Origin: Octopus bimaculoides
Taxonomy: Eukaryota
Assembly: GCF_001194135.2 (NCBI RefSeq)
Contig: NC_068982.1
Location: 171,389,524-171,423,446, forward strand
Length of the DNA: 33,923 bases
Direction: 5' to 3'
A model generated the notes under the pieces. The model was given only the letters and a program-made list of their open reading frames with translations. It did not search any database and was not told where the DNA came from. A program made the position numbers and the translations under genes. Below are positions 12,580 through 23,235 of this stretch, one piece after another; positions within the stretch are counted from its first letter, which is position 1, and the number at the start of each line of letters is the position of its first letter.

Positions 12580-13631
12580 CAAGCAGATTAGCTAGTTAGA
12601 AAATCTCTATAAGAGATGAAAACGGTAATTATACTGAGAAGTAATGTTCATTGTCACTTAGATAAATATGCTAATGTATGCATAGTACCTAGTATGTATT
12701 TAAGTGAACAGTGGTGAATACATGTATATAACATGAAGTTGTTTTCAAATACTTGAAATTGATTCGATATACTTAAAACTACTAATGTACAAACGAATAT
12801 GTCGATTATATCAAATCTCTTAGGAAAATATTACATATATGATCCTATTGCAGCATGTTGTTATAGATAAAACAATTATGCAATGTGATCTATAGGTAAG
12901 ATTGCATGTGGGTGGTGGTAGTAGAGTAAATATGCACAAAGTCTTGTTATTGGGTGCAAATATACATGCGATATATAGGGTTATTGATGGGACATTACCA
13001 AATAGAAACATGACAGAACTGATATAGTTGTTTGGGATATTAAAGAATACTTAAGTGTTATTTTAATGTTCCGTTGTCCAGTAGATGTAAACATTTCTCT
13101 CAAAATCCAGAAGGAGAATATTTATGAACAATTGTTTCAAAGCTCGCCATTCCCTACCGTGATTATAGATTTATAATTATTGTGATAAGTTTTTAAATTA
13201 CAGTCTCATGAAGAAAAGACATTCAGAAGAACGTATCCAGCTAGTAAGGTTCCTTTCAAATTATCTTTGAATAAAGAATAGAAAAATATCTGAATATAAA
13301 CATTTTGTTATCCAAATTCTAGTGATTATGCTTTCTTTATTTGAAACCATCTTCTTCTATGAATCATGAACACAGATATTAAAAAAGAAGTATACGTACA
13401 TGGGCATAAATGATGTATAGATAGTTAAACTTACAGATAGATGCTAACTGATGGAACGAAAATCGAATGAGCGTCAGCTAGTGTGAGAGGAAGAGCAGGA
13501 GCGAGTTAGATAGAGAAAAAGAAGAGAGAATGGGTTTTGAAAGAAAGAGAAAGTTACAATATTTCTCCAGTCAATTCATCGTAATACTGCTTTGATCAGC
13601 AAATATAATTAAGGCAATCCCCTATGTATCA

Positions 13632-13710
13632 AAGTGCAGTACTGAACATCAATGCCAATAATTGCAAGTCCTGCACTGGACATCAATGCCAATCTTTGCA
13701 AGTGCAGCAC
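13632..13710 (+). repeat. 34-bp tandem duplication (~2.3 copies)
   Basis: actgaacatcaatgccaataattgcaagtcctgc / actggacatcaatgccaatctttgcaagtgcagc, 29/34 identical. Confidence 0.85.
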
Positions 13711-13893
13711 AAATTGCAGCCGATATGCACTCAAAATGATCGCATCGTAGAGCAATATGTTACGAGCCATTACAGTGCAATTTCACCTGCAGACAAATGG
13801 CTGTATAGATAGGGTTAATCATTTGTGGAGATACGAGAAAATGCTGCTCTTGGCTGCAGTAATGGTCTTCCCTTTCTTTCTGTTTATCCTCAC

Positions 13894-13894
<1 letters not shown>

Positions 13895-13934
<40 letters not shown>

Positions 13935-14327
13935 NNNNNNNNNNNNNNNNNNNNNNNNNNNNNNNNNNNNNNNNNNNNNNNNNNNNNNNNNNNNNNNNNN
14001 NNNNNNNNNNNNNNNNNNNNNNNNNNNNNNNNNNNNNNNNNNNNNNNNNNNNNNNNNNNNNNNNNNNNNNNNNNNNNNNNNNNNNNNNNNNNNNNNNNNN
14101 NNNNNNNNNNNNNNNNNNNNNNNNNNNNNNNNNNNNNNNNNNNNNNNNNNNNNNNNNNNNNNNNNNNNNNNNNNNNNNNNNNNNNNNNNNNNNNNNNNNN
14201 NNNNNNNNNNNNNNNNNNNNNNNNNNNNNNNNNNNNNNNNNNNNNNNNNNNNNNNNNNNNNNNNNNNNNNNNNNNNNNNNNNNNNNNNNNNNNNNNNNNN
14301 NNNNNNNNNNNNNNNNNNNNNNNNNNN
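13895..14327. repeat. (CT)n running into assembly gap 13935-14327
   Basis: Direct reading. Confidence 0.95.
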
Positions 14328-14382
14328 TTAAGGGATCAGCAAACATTTGCTTCACCACATACCGAAGTTGCTGATCCCTTAA
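14328..14382. repeat. 55-bp element with 15-bp perfect inverted repeats, both ends TTAA (possible miniature TTAA-targeting MITE)
   Basis: TTAAGGGATCAGCAA (14328-14342) is the exact reverse complement of TTGCTGATCCCTTAA (14368-14382), with a 25-nt spacer. Confidence 0.6.
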
Positions 14383-15126
14383 TTATGTTTATAAATGTAT
14401 AAGAACTTTTAAATAAGTTCTCCACCGATAATGGTGTTTACATATCGAAGGGCTCGGTAAAAATTATTAATTGTTGATTTATTAATAAATTAATAAATTG
14501 ATAAACCTTTACCCTTTTAATCGTAATATATATATTTATATATATATATGTACATATGTGCGTATAAGAGAGTTCAGAAAGAGATATATTGTTTGGAGGG
14601 AGATGATTATATGGAGTAAAGTTGGGAAAGATTTCGCAGGTTCAAAAACAATTGAGAGTAGCACTAGCAATCTATTCTATTCAGTTACGTTTCCATACTT
14701 GTAGGTCATTGGTCTTGCTTATTCTGTTGCAATGGTCCCTCCCCTTGCGTAGTCCTCGTCCGGTAATTTAGCATTATGCACCACAAGTGACGTAACACGC
14801 TAATACTGGTTTATTTCAGCAATTCAGAGCATAAGGTTGTATGTATGTACATATATACAAGTTTTGCCAAAAGTCACCCGAGAGTAAATCAAAATTCCAT
14901 AAATACTATCTGTAATTCTGTATTGACTCGAATCGAAAAATGTGTCGCTCAAGAAGGGCTTCAGCTTGAACAATTTTCATGATGTTTCATATTTAGATGC
15001 TTTTATTAAATTCATTCAGTTGTTAAACGTAAATAAATGTTGGAATTAAATGGTTTTGATTTACAGTCAGGTGACTTTTGACCAACCCTTAATATACATA
15101 CGTATCTATTTGTGTGTGGGTGTGTA

Positions 15127-15172
<46 letters not shown>

Positions 15173-15209
15173 GCAAGGTGAGACACACATAAGAAGGAAG
15201 GAAACAAAG

Positions 15210-15253
15210 GACCACTGATGAGGTCACAGAAGTGTGACGAAAGAACTCTGGCC
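15210..15253 (+). ncRNA. Minimal type-I hammerhead ribozyme-like motif
   Basis: CCA-CTGATGA-G-GTCACA(GAAG)TGTGAC-GAAA-GAAC-TC-TGG: CUGAUGA core, 6-bp stem II, GAAA, A-U/G-C helix III, UC cleavage doublet and 3-bp stem I (CCA/UGG). Confidence 0.6.
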
Positions 15254-15299
15254 GAAATAAGTTTAAGATTAACGTAATATAAAGCTGAAGCAAATTAAC

Positions 15300-15856
15300 N
15301 NNNNNNNNNNNNNNNNNNNNNNNNNNNNNNNNNNNNNNNNNNNNNNNNNNNNNNNNNNNNNNNNNNNNNNNNNNNNNNNNNNNNNNNNNNNNNNNNNNNN
15401 NNNNNNNNNNNNNNNNNNNNNNNNNNNNNNNNNNNNNNNNNNNNNNNNNNNNNNNNNNNNNNNNNNNNNNNNNNNNNNNNNNNNNNNNNNNNNNNNNNNN
15501 NNNNNNNNNNNNNNNNNNNNNNNNNNNNNNNNNNNNNNNNNNNNNNNNNNNNNNNNNNNNNNNNNNNNNNNNNNNNNNNNNNNNNNNNNNNNNNNNNNNN
15601 NNNNNNNNNNNNNNNNNNNNNNNNNNNNNNNNNNNNNNNNNNNNNNNNNNNNNNNNNNNNNNNNNNNNNNNNNNNNNNNNNNNNNNNNNNNNNNNNNNNN
15701 NNNNNNNNNNNNNNNNNNNNNNNNNNNNNNNNNNNNNNNNNNNNNNNNNNNNNNNNNNNNNNNNNNNNNNNNNNNNNNNNNNNNNNNNNNNNNNNNNNNN
15801 NNNNNNNNNNNNNNNNNNNNNNNNNNNNNNNNNNNNNNNNNNNNNNNNNNNNNNNN
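15300..15856. other. Assembly gap
   Basis: Run of N. Confidence 1.
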
Positions 15857-16465
15857 TATATATATACACAAATACATATAGATAAGTGTACACACACATA
15901 TACATATATGCAGACATACCCCCACATACATATACATATGCAAGCACACACATGCGCACACGCAAACACATACACACAGATATATACACATATATGTATA
16001 AATATTTATATTACTTCCAAGTAGGATGCTTATCGAATTTTATTTGTCACTCGTCTCCTTGGTAAAAAAAAAAAAAGAGTGGAGGCTAGACAAAGAAATT
16101 TTCTATTAAATCGTATACCAGAACCATTACAAGACACTTATCAAATTTGAACCATCAATAGTATAGACATAATAGAATAACATATGATAGTGCTTAAATC
16201 GAGTGAAGTGTCTCAAGTTTCACCGTATTTGTGTTGTATTTCACAGAAGTGAGCAACAAATATTACCAAAGACGGAGAAATCTGAACGCTTCCCCCTCAG
16301 ATAAATTCTCATGAACTTTAAGTTTGTTTAGTATTAACTTATCACTTTCGTTAAATATGGCAGAGTGAAAGATAATATAATACATATGTGTGTATATGCA
16401 TGTGTGTGTGTGTATGTGTGGATTTAATGAAATCCAGACACATTACCGTATACATATGCATGAAT

Positions 16466-16469
<4 letters not shown>

Positions 16470-16497
<28 letters not shown>

Positions 16498-16542
16498 CTC
16501 ATACACACACACATACATACATACATATACATAATACATACA

Positions 16543-16579
<37 letters not shown>

Positions 16580-17356
16580 TCATACACATACACACATACA
16601 TACTTACATACATATACATACATACATACATATATGTATANNNNNNNNNNNNNNNNNNNNNNNNNNNNNNNNNNNNNNNNNNNNNNNNNNNNNNNNNNNN
16701 NNNNNNNNNNNNNNNNNNNNNNNNNNNNNNNNNNNNNNNNNNNNNNNNNNNNNNNNNNNNNNNNNNNNNNNNNNNNNNNNNNNNNNNNNNNNNNNNNNNN
16801 NNNNNNNNNNNNNNNNNNNNNNNNNNNNNNNNNNNNNNNNNNNNNNNNNNNNNNNNNNNNNNNNNNNNNNNNNNNNNNNNNNNNNNNNNNNNNNNNNNNN
16901 NNNNNNNNNNNNNNNNNNNNNNNNNNNNNNNNNNNNNNNNNNNNNNNNNNNNNNNNNNNNNNNNNNNNNNNNNNNNNNNNNNNNNNNNNNNNNNNNNNNN
17001 NNNNNNNNNNNNNNNNNNNNNNNNNNNNNNNNNNNNNNNNNNNNNNNNNNNNNNNNNNNNNNNNNNNNNNNNNNNNNNNNNNNNNNNNNNNNNNNNNNNN
17101 NNNNNNNNNNNNNNNNNNNNNNNNNNNNNNNNNNNNNNNNNNNNNNNNNNNNNNNNNNNNNNNNNNNNNNNNNNNNNNNNNNNNNNNNNNNNNNNNNNNN
17201 NNNNNNNNNNNNNNNNNNNNNNNNNNNNNNNNNNNNNNNNNNNNNNNNNNNNNNNNNNNNNNNNNNNNNNNNNNNNNNNNNNNNNNNNNNNNNNNNNNNN
17301 NNNNNNNNNNNNNNNNNNNNNNNNNNNNNNNNNNNNNNNNNNNNNNNNNNNNNNNN
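16470..17356. repeat. Compound (TA)n/(CATA)n repeat with an ~80-90 bp higher-order unit, running into gap 16641-17356
   Basis: The block (TA)n-ctcatacaca...catatatgta occurs twice before the gap. Confidence 0.8.
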
Positions 17357-17428
17357 GTTATCGTGAAATGGATTGGTCCTCCTCAGCTCGGTCCATCAAA
17401 GAGAATAAATTTAAAATATCCGCTAAAT
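17357..17428 (-). repeat. Second copy of the hammerhead-containing repeat, inverted and truncated by the gap
   Basis: 60/72 identical, ungapped, to the reverse complement of 17523-17594. Reads tggaccgag-CTGAGGA-GGAC-caatcc... on the minus strand. Confidence 0.85.
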
Positions 17429-17555
17429 GTATTGTAATAAAATTTATATTTTTATATAAAACTTTTTCACTGATCTAGGTTCTGTTCATAGCTGGGGCAA
17501 TTGGCTGAGTATACAGGCATTGATGTAGCGAATAGTTTAAATGTAGTCTCTTTGC

Positions 17556-17638
17556 TGGACCTAGCTGACGAGGACCGATCAGTTTTACGATAACAAATGT
17601 ATTCTGAAAAGTCCGAAACTCGACTGCTAGGTTGTCCA
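17556..17638 (+). ncRNA. Type-I hammerhead ribozyme-like motif, probably inactivated in this copy
   Basis: TGGA-CCTAG-CTGACGA-GGAC..(35 nt)..GTCC-GAAA-CTCGAC-TG-CTAGG-TTG-TCCA. Stem I is 5 bp + 3-nt bulge + 4 bp; stem II GGAC/GTCC is extended by TCAG/CTGA. Deviations: C at 16.2 and G at position 17. Confidence 0.65.
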
Positions 17639-18059
17639 TTTCTTTCATGTTCTTTCTGGAAGTAAGACGAATTTCTTTTTATATTCGCCGTCCGCACACA
17701 TGTTTGCCTCTATACATTCAGTGAAGCTTTACTTAGTGTCGAACAATTATAAATTGCTATTTCCAGCATAAATTGGTACGCTGTGCTACTATTTTCTATT
17801 TATAATTCTACCTTTACGGTGCTTTATTTCGCAGAGGGAGATATAGTTGAGAGGAAGAGCAAAGCCTGGGCGGCATGCCATAGTTTGAGATCTGTATGGG
17901 AGGCTGACCTTCGCATAAAAAGTAATGAAGATACACTTAGTAGTGAAGAATGAACATCGTTGTCTCAGCAGAAAATAACCGAAGTGACAGTTCGATGATC
18001 TGATGATTCCCTACCGAGATCAATGAAGTTTATCCTGAATTATCTTTACTTTCTGTCTC

Positions 18060-18086
18060 TCTCACTCCTCTCTCTCTCTCTCTCTG

Positions 18087-18143
<57 letters not shown>

Positions 18144-18335
18144 GCCTTTCTCCCTTCATACATATATATGTGTATACATGTATGTATGTATATATGTGTA
18201 CATGTATGTATATATATATGTATACATGTATGTATATGTATACATGGATGTATATGTATACATACATATATATATATATGTGTGTGTGTATATGTATTTA
18301 TATGTATGCATGTATGTATGTATGTATATATATAT
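18060..18335. repeat. (CT)n, (TCTA)n and degenerate (TA/TG)n arrays
   Basis: Direct reading. Confidence 0.9.
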
Positions 18336-18531
18336 CAAAATAAGCAGCAGGATATCAAGTAGTGATGCAGTACGACTGTTTCAAGAGGTTCCATTTAACT
18401 GAACAATGCAATCATTACATCAATTTAAATGCAGTACCATCTTCAGCTGCACAAATAATTTATTTTGATTTTATTCACATTACTTCGCGCTGCGCGCATA
18501 ATACTGGACTGAATCTTATATGCATATATAT

Positions 18532-18969
18532 NNNNNNNNNNNNNNNNNNNNNNNNNNNNNNNNNNNNNNNNNNNNNNNNNNNNNNNNNNNNNNNNNNNNN
18601 NNNNNNNNNNNNNNNNNNNNNNNNNNNNNNNNNNNNNNNNNNNNNNNNNNNNNNNNNNNNNNNNNNNNNNNNNNNNNNNNNNNNNNNNNNNNNNNNNNNN
18701 NNNNNNNNNNNNNNNNNNNNNNNNNNNNNNNNNNNNNNNNNNNNNNNNNNNNNNNNNNNNNNNNNNNNNNNNNNNNNNNNNNNNNNNNNNNNNNNNNNNN
18801 NNNNNNNNNNNNNNNNNNNNNNNNNNNNNNNNNNNNNNNNNNNNNNNNNNNNNNNNNNNNNNNNNNNNNNNNNNNNNNNNNNNNNNNNNNNNNNNNNNNN
18901 NNNNNNNNNNNNNNNNNNNNNNNNNNNNNNNNNNNNNNNNNNNNNNNNNNNNNNNNNNNNNNNNNNNNN

Positions 18970-19038
<69 letters not shown>
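18532..19038. repeat. Assembly gap 18532-18969 followed by (TG)n
   Basis: Direct reading. Confidence 0.95.
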
Positions 19039-19040
<2 letters not shown>

Positions 19041-19109
19041 TATATATATGTATCTATATATATATTTACTAAAATAGACAAAAAGTGTATAGTGAAATTA
19101 CCTTGCGGA

Positions 19110-19450
19110 ATGGAAAATCCAACGTTTCGGACGAAGCCTTTTTTCAGGTGAATGGTTGAAAGGAGTAAAATTAAAGTGGTAATACAACAGTGTAAAATTA
19201 AAGAAGCAGTACAAAATGTACTACATGAGAGAAAGTGTGTGAGAGAGTTATAATGAAAGACGAAAGGGATAAGGAGAAAAAACGGTTTAAGACCAGAGCC
19301 AGATAATATAAAAAGATTTAGTGAGAAATGAGTTGAAGGAAGAAAAATGGATTACTGAACTAAGTGGAAGTGTAGGAGAATAAGAGAATAAGGGAAATAC
19401 ACCCATTTAAACCTGTCGGTGATATATCTGTATGTTATTTTATTTCTCTA
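19110..19450 (-). mobile_element. Probable Penelope-like element 3' remnant (ORF end PTGLN, pyrimidine-rich UTR, decayed hammerhead motif)
   Basis: The minus strand gives REIK*HTDISPTGLN (19405-19419 = PTGLN, resembling the PLE GIY-YIG C-terminal PxGLN). Then come ~250 nt of pyrimidine-rich sequence and CTGAAAAAAGGCTTCGTCCGAAACGTTGG. Confidence 0.45.
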
Positions 19451-20899
19451 CAAGTATGCATTTTCTAACATTTATATTAATTTTATTTTCCTGTGAAATA
19501 AAACATATCATTGGCTCATATATACTTTGAAAACACTTGCCTTCATTTATTTATAGTTTATCAGTAAACTTCACTTCTCTGATACGGTGATCATATGAAT
19601 GCTGAACATTCCGTTGCCAAATGACAATTCATATAGAAAGATTCAGACAAATTATTTTCCTTTATTTCCACAACATAAGCCAGTGCAAATGTTTTTTTTT
19701 CTTCTAGTAGATATCACGCATGGCATGCATGCAAAACTTCTTTCACATTGAAAAATCCGGGTACCATCACATCCATTTGACTAAACATATATATATATAT
19801 ATTGATTATGCTGACCCAAGCAACTACCAAAATACACACAAAATTCCCATGGAGAAAACTCTGTCTACAATGTTAAACATAATTAATATATAAATGCATA
19901 CATCTCTATATTTAAAAGTGATACGTCTGGAATATAAATGAAATTCTTATTATTTTATGCAAAATTATTGTAAATTATTGGAATCTATGTTGGTAATCAT
20001 TAATGTAAAAATAACTAAAATATCTATACATACAGATGCAGAGCAAATTGTGACAGAAATGATAGAAATTAAGAATTTTTGCAATACTTCAAATACACAA
20101 AATCACTTACAACATACTTGAAACCGAGGCCTGCTATTCTCTTTGAAACGTTTTCAGCAAATTTTGATCGACTGGTATAAATGTTAGTGAGCATAGTTTC
20201 CTTGGTGTTATTAAGCTTCATACATTTCTTACAAATTAACAAATTAACTATGAATAAATTAACTAGAATACAGCAAACAATCTATTTCTATATCAGAGGA
20301 ACTCATTGTAACATATATTTTGATGTTATATAAAATTCGTGACCTATGAGTCACATCATATCTCGGAAGTTATGCTTTTGTAATCCAAAAGCAAGAACTA
20401 GCTATGAAATATCTCATGAACAAACCAGACACTAAAGCAATTAAACTTCGAGTATCAAGTTTATTTTCCTGTGAAAACAATAGATATTTAATAAACATCA
20501 ACAAAATTTGTCCCCTCCTCTTGCGATGAATGCTGCTAAAAGAGTAGAAGATACCACCGGTATGAGAGACGGCCCTCGCTTAAATAATGACAACATTTCT
20601 GTTATCAAATAAAAAAAAACATATCAACGCAAGGAGTATTGGTGAAACATTTCCATAAAACTTCTACCATGTTTTAAAATGCCTGCTGTAGTTGGTTAGA
20701 ATAGAGAAGAAAATCTATGTATAGAAGTTAGCTGCCCAGCAGATGTGGTCATCTCTTCCAGCACCCTGAGAAAGAAAATATTATAAAGAGCTGCTTCGAA
20801 GCCGGCAGCCCCTCTACTTTGATTAGAAATTCATATTTATATCAATCATAATGTTCATAAATATTTAAGTGACAATTTGGAGAAGCTACGATTTTATAG

Positions 20900-21105
20900 C
20901 AAAGGGAGTGTCTTCCTAACAAGAATTCTCCTAATCTGTAAGTGGAACTGTTCAAATGTGCGAATTTTTTCTAAAGTACAATATATAATCCATATCGCAA
21001 CCGCTTCGTTTCTTTGTTAGGAACTCTCACTGTAGGAAGATTCTAATAACTGATAAAAATGCAAATATATATAGAAATGTTTCTGTATATGAATGTTCTG
21101 CGAAA
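20900..21105 (+). other. Possible two small exons joined by a canonical 83-nt intron; product unrecognised
   Basis: GTAAGT donor at 20938, pyrimidine-rich TTCGTTTCTTTGTTAG acceptor ending at 21020, second donor GTAAGA at 21106. The joined frame is open: QRECLPNKNSPNL-NSHCRKILITDKNANIYRNVSVYECSAK. Could be chance. Confidence 0.2.
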
Positions 21106-21429
21106 GTAAGAAATATTCCAAAATTAGAATCCAGCTGTTCTGCTGCCACATGAGTACAGTAAAACAATACACGAACGATGGGTGATTAATACACACGCAC
21201 ACACACGCGCAGACTCACGCGCGCACATACGTATGTATGTGTGTGTGAAAGAAAGAACGTGAGAGACAAAGAGAATATATATCAAGAAGCATATGATAAA
21301 TGAGCAATAACAATAATAGATGCAGCATTAACAATAGTAACTACATCGACCGCAATAAATACAAAAACAGCAATAAAGTTATTAACAACAACATTAGTAA
21401 TAAATTTGCTTTGTTGTCCTTGATTACCT

Positions 21430-22010
21430 AGCATATTTAGTTTTGCATAAAGATAGAAAATCTATTGAACAATAGAAGACGATGACAACGACGACGACGA
21501 CGACGACGATGATGATGTTGGTTGTGAGGCGGAAGAGTAAGAAGAATAGGATTACGATGTTAATGAGAAAGAAAAGATAGAGGTGGCACTAGGGGAAATT
21601 GGAAATAAAGGAAGTAGTTTATGTGATACGGACAACGGTGAAGATATTGATGAGGAGAAAAAAGAACGCGAAGAGTTGGAGGAGAAAAAGGAGGAGAAAG
21701 AAGTTGGAAATGATATCGATGTTTGTTGGGTGGTGGTTGCTTCGACGACGAGGAAATAAATAAGTTAACGGATAATTCCTAATAATGGTGAAGATGTGCT
21801 TGGAGTATTGTAGGTGAAAGCGAGAAGAGAGGAGCGGGTACAGCAGGTGGCTATTGAGGTTAAAATGAGAGCAAAGAGTGAAAAGGTAGAAGATAAAAAA
21901 TAAAGAGTGAGATAGAAAGAGGACAAGAGAAAATGAATGAGAAAAGAAGAGAGAAAGAAAAGATTGAGAGACAAGAAGAAAAGTGAAAGTGAAAGGAGAA
22001 ATGAGAAATG
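21430..22010. repeat. (GAC/GAT)n plus purine-rich low-complexity tract
   Basis: Direct reading. Confidence 0.75.
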
Positions 22011-22349
22011 AATATATTTAACGGAGTAAGAAAAGATGTGTAGGTGGGTATGTGAATCTAATCAGCTGGGTCGGCTTGACATTCCGGAAGTTGAAATTTG
22101 CTTAACTATGGGAGATATTGGATACGATTACGCTATGTGCCCGCTCTCTTCTCCTTTCATCAGCGCTATACTTTCCATTTACCTCCTTCCTCTTCGCTGA
22201 CTTTAACGTTGCGTTTGCAACAACCAACTCTTAATCCTGTTTCTATAACTACTGCGGAATCAACTATGACGTCGACAACGATTATTACGAGTAATCATAA
22301 TAATAAAATTTTCTTCAATAATTTCGTGTGAATATTTTTTGATATAGAC

Positions 22350-22650
22350 ACAAATCCTTGATTGGTACTTTATTTTATCAACCTTAGAACGATAAAAACC
22401 TAATCAGTATTTGAACATTAGGTGTAAAGAGCCCCAAAATACTGCAAGACAATTTTCACGACGTCCTAACGATTCTGCTAAACTAACTCACACACATAAT
22501 TTCTAACATAAGCACAGAATCAGAAATTTGTCGGGAGGAGTCAATCAAATAATATGCCACCCAAACTCCTTTTCTGAATGAGAAAGATGAAAGGCAAGAT
22601 TGACTTCTGTGAGATTTAATCTCAGAAAGTAATAAACCGGAATAAATACC
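22350..22650 (-). mobile_element. Two decayed, partial tandem SINE copies (family of 26841-27052)
   Basis: aacgattctgctaaact is the reverse complement of a head like gagctggcagaatcgtt. The reverse complement of 22500-22650 gives ggtattt...ttctgagattaaatc...gtcaatcttgcctttcatc...aaattt...tgtgcttatgttagaaa, parallel to the 26.9 kb copy. Confidence 0.5.
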
Positions 22651-23235
22651 TTCTACATATTCAGCATATACCTTTTACATAGTCGCACTCAATATGAATA
22701 TTAGTAAATAGCATTTTGTTTAATTTGTGAAAAGGCAGCAGATGGGGGAAACTAAAGGATACACGGGTAAAGAATGTTGATAATTTAGAGAGTGTAGAGA
22801 AATATAGAAACTGTAGAGAAATGTATTGAAAATTTGGTGTTTGGGGTCGTAACGGCAGAACACTAAGAGCGAATGAGAAAACCAACAAATATACGATTAC
22901 TCTCGAACTTGATGTGTCTGGTCTTTAATCACAAATTCAGAGCAGGCCATTCGGCTTTAAGTAAGTCAATGTCACATATTTTCAGGCTGCTTAATGAAGA
23001 GCAACATATCTCTCTCTATTCTATCTTTCTCTTGAAAACTGTTGTCATGTTACTTGATACAGGCAACCCATAAGAAAAGTAGACCTTGTAGTAAGCCGGA
23101 AGAAGACTGAGCGAGTAACTTTCAGAAATTTTTATCTCATTGATCATTATCACACTTTAACGATTTGAGATTGTTCAGCAGATATCCTTGCCCCAGAGCA
23201 CATGTATTTTATACATCTCTGTCTTAATTCCTAAA

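Noticed and set aside
12820-13140. Minus-strand ...ITLYIACIFAPNNK..., faintly like a LINE endonuclease NIYAPN motif
   Set aside because: Single weak motif with no other APE motifs nearby.
13632-13710. 34-bp repeat as a possible CRISPR array
   Set aside because: Units are directly adjacent with no spacers, there are only about two copies, and the context is eukaryotic.
17985-18035. CTGATGA near a TGATCT/AGATCA stem
   Set aside because: No GAAA and no helix III or stem I.
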